64,000 nucleotides of DNA from Eledone cirrhosa. Taxonomy: Eukaryota. A model generated the notes under the pieces. The model searched no databases. It was given only the letters and a program-made list of their open reading frames with translations, and had not been told where the DNA came from. The stretch is taken from assembly GCA_964016885.1 (NCBI GenBank), contig OZ024742.1, positions 234,670,001-234,734,000 of the forward strand. Direction: 5' to 3'. Below, one piece after another: positions 61,202-64,000 of the stretch. Position 1 is the stretch's first letter; the number at the start of each line of letters is the position of its first letter. The position numbers and the translations under genes were made by a program.

Positions 61202-62859
61202 GGCATACGTTAAGACGGGCGTTCCGGAGAGTGAAAGTAATTTTTGACAACGCTGTGAATTTTTTTTTTTTTTTTTTTACAACAGGTCTCAATAATGAAA
61301 GTTACGATACACACGCAATTGTACGATACACACGCAATTGTATGGATTTTTTAATATATATATGTGTGTACACTGTGAATTTGTTTGTTTATTTACAACA
61401 GGTCTCTATAGTGATATGGTGTTAATTAGTATTGCGTGTGTGATTATTTTTTCTTTTTCTTTTTTTGTGTATTGTGTGTACGGAAAATTTTTTTTTTTAA
61501 ATAATGACATTGTGTGTTGAAAGAAATAAATTTTTTTTAAATAACTACATAGACGTTTGTTGCATATAACATATAAATTGACGTACCTTATGAACATCCT
61601 TATTACACCGTATAAATAGCTGAAATACAGTTGATCATCTCGCCAAACTTGTTTGCACCAACTCTCTGCTGCCAAAGAAATTCAACTAAATATGAGGGAA
61701 TAAAGCGTCGCTTGTCCCATGTTGTCGACGAAGCTTTTTCTTTGCACGGCTCCAAGTGTTCTCTGAGTTGTGTGTGCACATTAGGGTCTTCAGGATCTAC
61801 AAAGTTCCGTTGGTGCACAACATCATGGAGGTAAATGCCACCTTGAATTTCTTCAATATCCGAATAGGAAGCCCAACCATCGGACATGATGTGGTTTCCT
61901 GGCAAAATCAATTCCTGTATGATGGGGACAAGAGTCTCACGGCTTCGATCTGGGACTTCGATGAGGCAGCAGCGTCCAGAATGGCGTTCTACAGCGCCGA
62001 ACACCCAGTGGCCTTGTCTCCACTGGCCACGATGATACTTTCTATGAAAGTATTTTGATTCGTCGATCTCTACAATGATCGACGAACCATTCTCATCGAA
62101 TCCTCCAAGCTGTTGAGGATTCGTCTCCAAATACTGCTCACAAATTTCTCTAAGGAAATTGCACCAGTCTATAATTGTCGGCTTGCTAAGTCCTGTTTCT
62201 CTCATCATTTCAGTTTGGGCATGATCGTAGCACCACATATACATAATGCCAATAAGTTGTTCGAGTCGAACACGGCTTCGATAAAATATAGAATTCCGTC
62301 GCACCGATTGACAAAATTTGTCGCGGCAGCATCGTCATCTCCATTTATCAATCCCCTCAGAATATCTTGTCAATGTGCACGCCTCATTGCAGACAGGACA
62401 ATTCACACTGTTCGCCAACAGACGCCGACTCGCAAACCACTGTAACATACACAACGTGTCACCGTGTATCGCCGGACACAGCGTATACATTGTTTCAAAG
62501 CGATTAACAATAGCATTGGTATCCAAAATATCTTCAACTAACTTAACGCGACCAAACACTCGTCCAGCCATATTTGATGTGACATTGTATTAGAATCCAT
62601 ATACACACAAACATATATATACACGTGTAAACCAATGCTTGCGTGGAAGATAGACGTTAAACGATGATGACACAAACACATATATATACACACATATACA
62701 CACCCACACATATATATATATTAAGAAATCCATACAATTGCGTGTGTATCGTAACTTTCATTTTAAAAAAGAACAACAAACAAATTCACAGTGTTGTCAA
62801 AAATTCAGTGTTGTCAAAAATTACTTTCACTTTCCGGAACGCCCGTCTTAACGTATGCC
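61202..62859 (-). mobile_element. Merlin DNA transposon, inner element, with a 9-bp TSD
   Basis: TIR GGCATACGTTAAGACGGGCGTTCCGGA / TCCGGAACGCCCGTCTTAACGTATGCC; TSD TTTATTTAT on both sides. Confidence 0.92.
61603..62571 (-). pseudogene. Frameshifted Merlin transposase of the inner element
   Basis: N-terminal CPVC zinc-ribbon half, IVEIDESKYFHRKYHRG, WVFGAVER, MSDGWASY, NFVDP. Confidence 0.88.
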
Positions 62860-63392
62860 TTTATTTATAAACTTAACTTCATTTGTTTTCTAATTTGATA
62901 ACCATGACTTATGAAAATATATTTATTTTTAAACTTAACAACTTGTACTGCCAATTTCATTTTTAAAATTAACTTCATTTGTTTTCTGATTTGATATACA
63001 GAGAGAAATAAATATATTTTCATTTGAAAACAAATAAAAAACAAATCGATTACGCTAAACGTAAATAAACATAAATAAACGCGTGGTGATACGGAAATAA
63101 AAGAAGGTTGACGAATGACGTCAGATTGACGTCACATTTTTCTACTTTCACTTCTGACAGCCAATTCCAGTTGTTTTGTGGTCTCATTCGTGCCTGAAAC
63201 CAATTTGGTATTTTTCTCAGACCCACGAAGACCAGGCTTTTTACAGGTAGCTTTTACTCGCTTCTTCGTAACTACATCACTAGGTTGTAAGAGTTTTGAG
63301 AGCTAACAGTGTCACCCATTGCTCCAATTTCTCTAGTAGTGTATCGCTATTGGTCCAGGTTTGCTTATTCGTCCAATATCGCAACTAACAAT

Positions 63393-63508
63393 AATTGTTT
63401 CTACTTTTGGCACAAGGCCAGCAATTACCCAGTACATTACTGGTACTTTATTTTATCGACCCCGAAAGGATGAAAGGCAAAGTTAACCTCGGCGGGATTT
63501 GAACTCAG
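63393..63508 (-). mobile_element. 5'-truncated tRNA-derived SINE
   Basis: 3' half of the family consensus. Confidence 0.8.
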
Positions 63509-64000
63509 CCGTATCGCTATCCGCCACCTGCGACACGTTCCCCCATCCATTAATCTGATTAAATATGTTTATGATCCGTAAAAGGAACTTAAATAAATAA
63601 ACAGCCGTGTGCACTGAGTTACATAACTGCAACAGGAAATGCTGTATGTAATTGAAGCAAGTCAAGACACTCGCAGCATTACTGCGTGTCTTTCCCTACT
63701 GAAAGAAAAGTATCATGGGTTATTGCAAAAATTTGTTAGAAAAATTAAGATGTTGAACTGGAATAAAAAATAAAGAAAACGAAATCTATGAATCCAAGCA
63801 AATCTGTTCCCAAGGAAGTAAGTGAGAAAAAAAAAGAATATATTCAGGATATAAAGCCTGCCAAATCTTCATTAATAGATCTGGACCGGCGGTTTGGACA
63901 ATCAAATTCAGTAGCGTAGCTTCGTGGAGGAGACACTTTTCTCCTGGTGGCACTTTTAGGTCTTGTAGATATTCGTGTGTGTAGGGGTGCGTAAAACTCA

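Larger units (their letters stand above)
60217..63162 (+). mobile_element. Merlin (IS1595/ISXO2-like) DNA transposon, outer element
   Basis: ~140-bp TIRs (60217-60357 and 62998-63162; may extend to GGCAC 60201 / GTGCC 63194); no TSD seen. Confidence 0.85.

Overview
AT-rich, microsatellite-dense animal genomic DNA; the RTE-LINE/tRNA-SINE landscape suggests an octopus-type cephalopod (inference). Host genes: (i) the 3' half of a GAF-domain cyclic-nucleotide phosphodiesterase (PDE10-like), minus strand, with 12 phase-consistent GT-AG exons reconstructed by hand between 41872 and 22391; (ii) a convergent plus-strand gene ending in a ~3.1-kb exon encoding an E/R/K/Q repeat helix plus an acidic tail (13350-16462); (iii) an intronless two-RRM hnRNP A/B-like ORF (56712-57659). 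The rest is transposon-derived: two near-full-length RTE LINEs with a PHD-type zinc finger inserted inside the RT (one is a single base from intact and has 4.3 tandem ~500-bp 5' monomers), many RTE 3' ends and SINEs, piggyBac ends/MITEs, head-to-tail Helitrons, a ~4-kb hAT element splitting a CR1 fragment, CRE-type LINE remnants and a Merlin nested in a Merlin. The most notable non-coding signal is a set of minimal type I hammerhead ribozyme motifs, including an inverted pair at 49455-49765. All calls were made by eye; no database searches were run.
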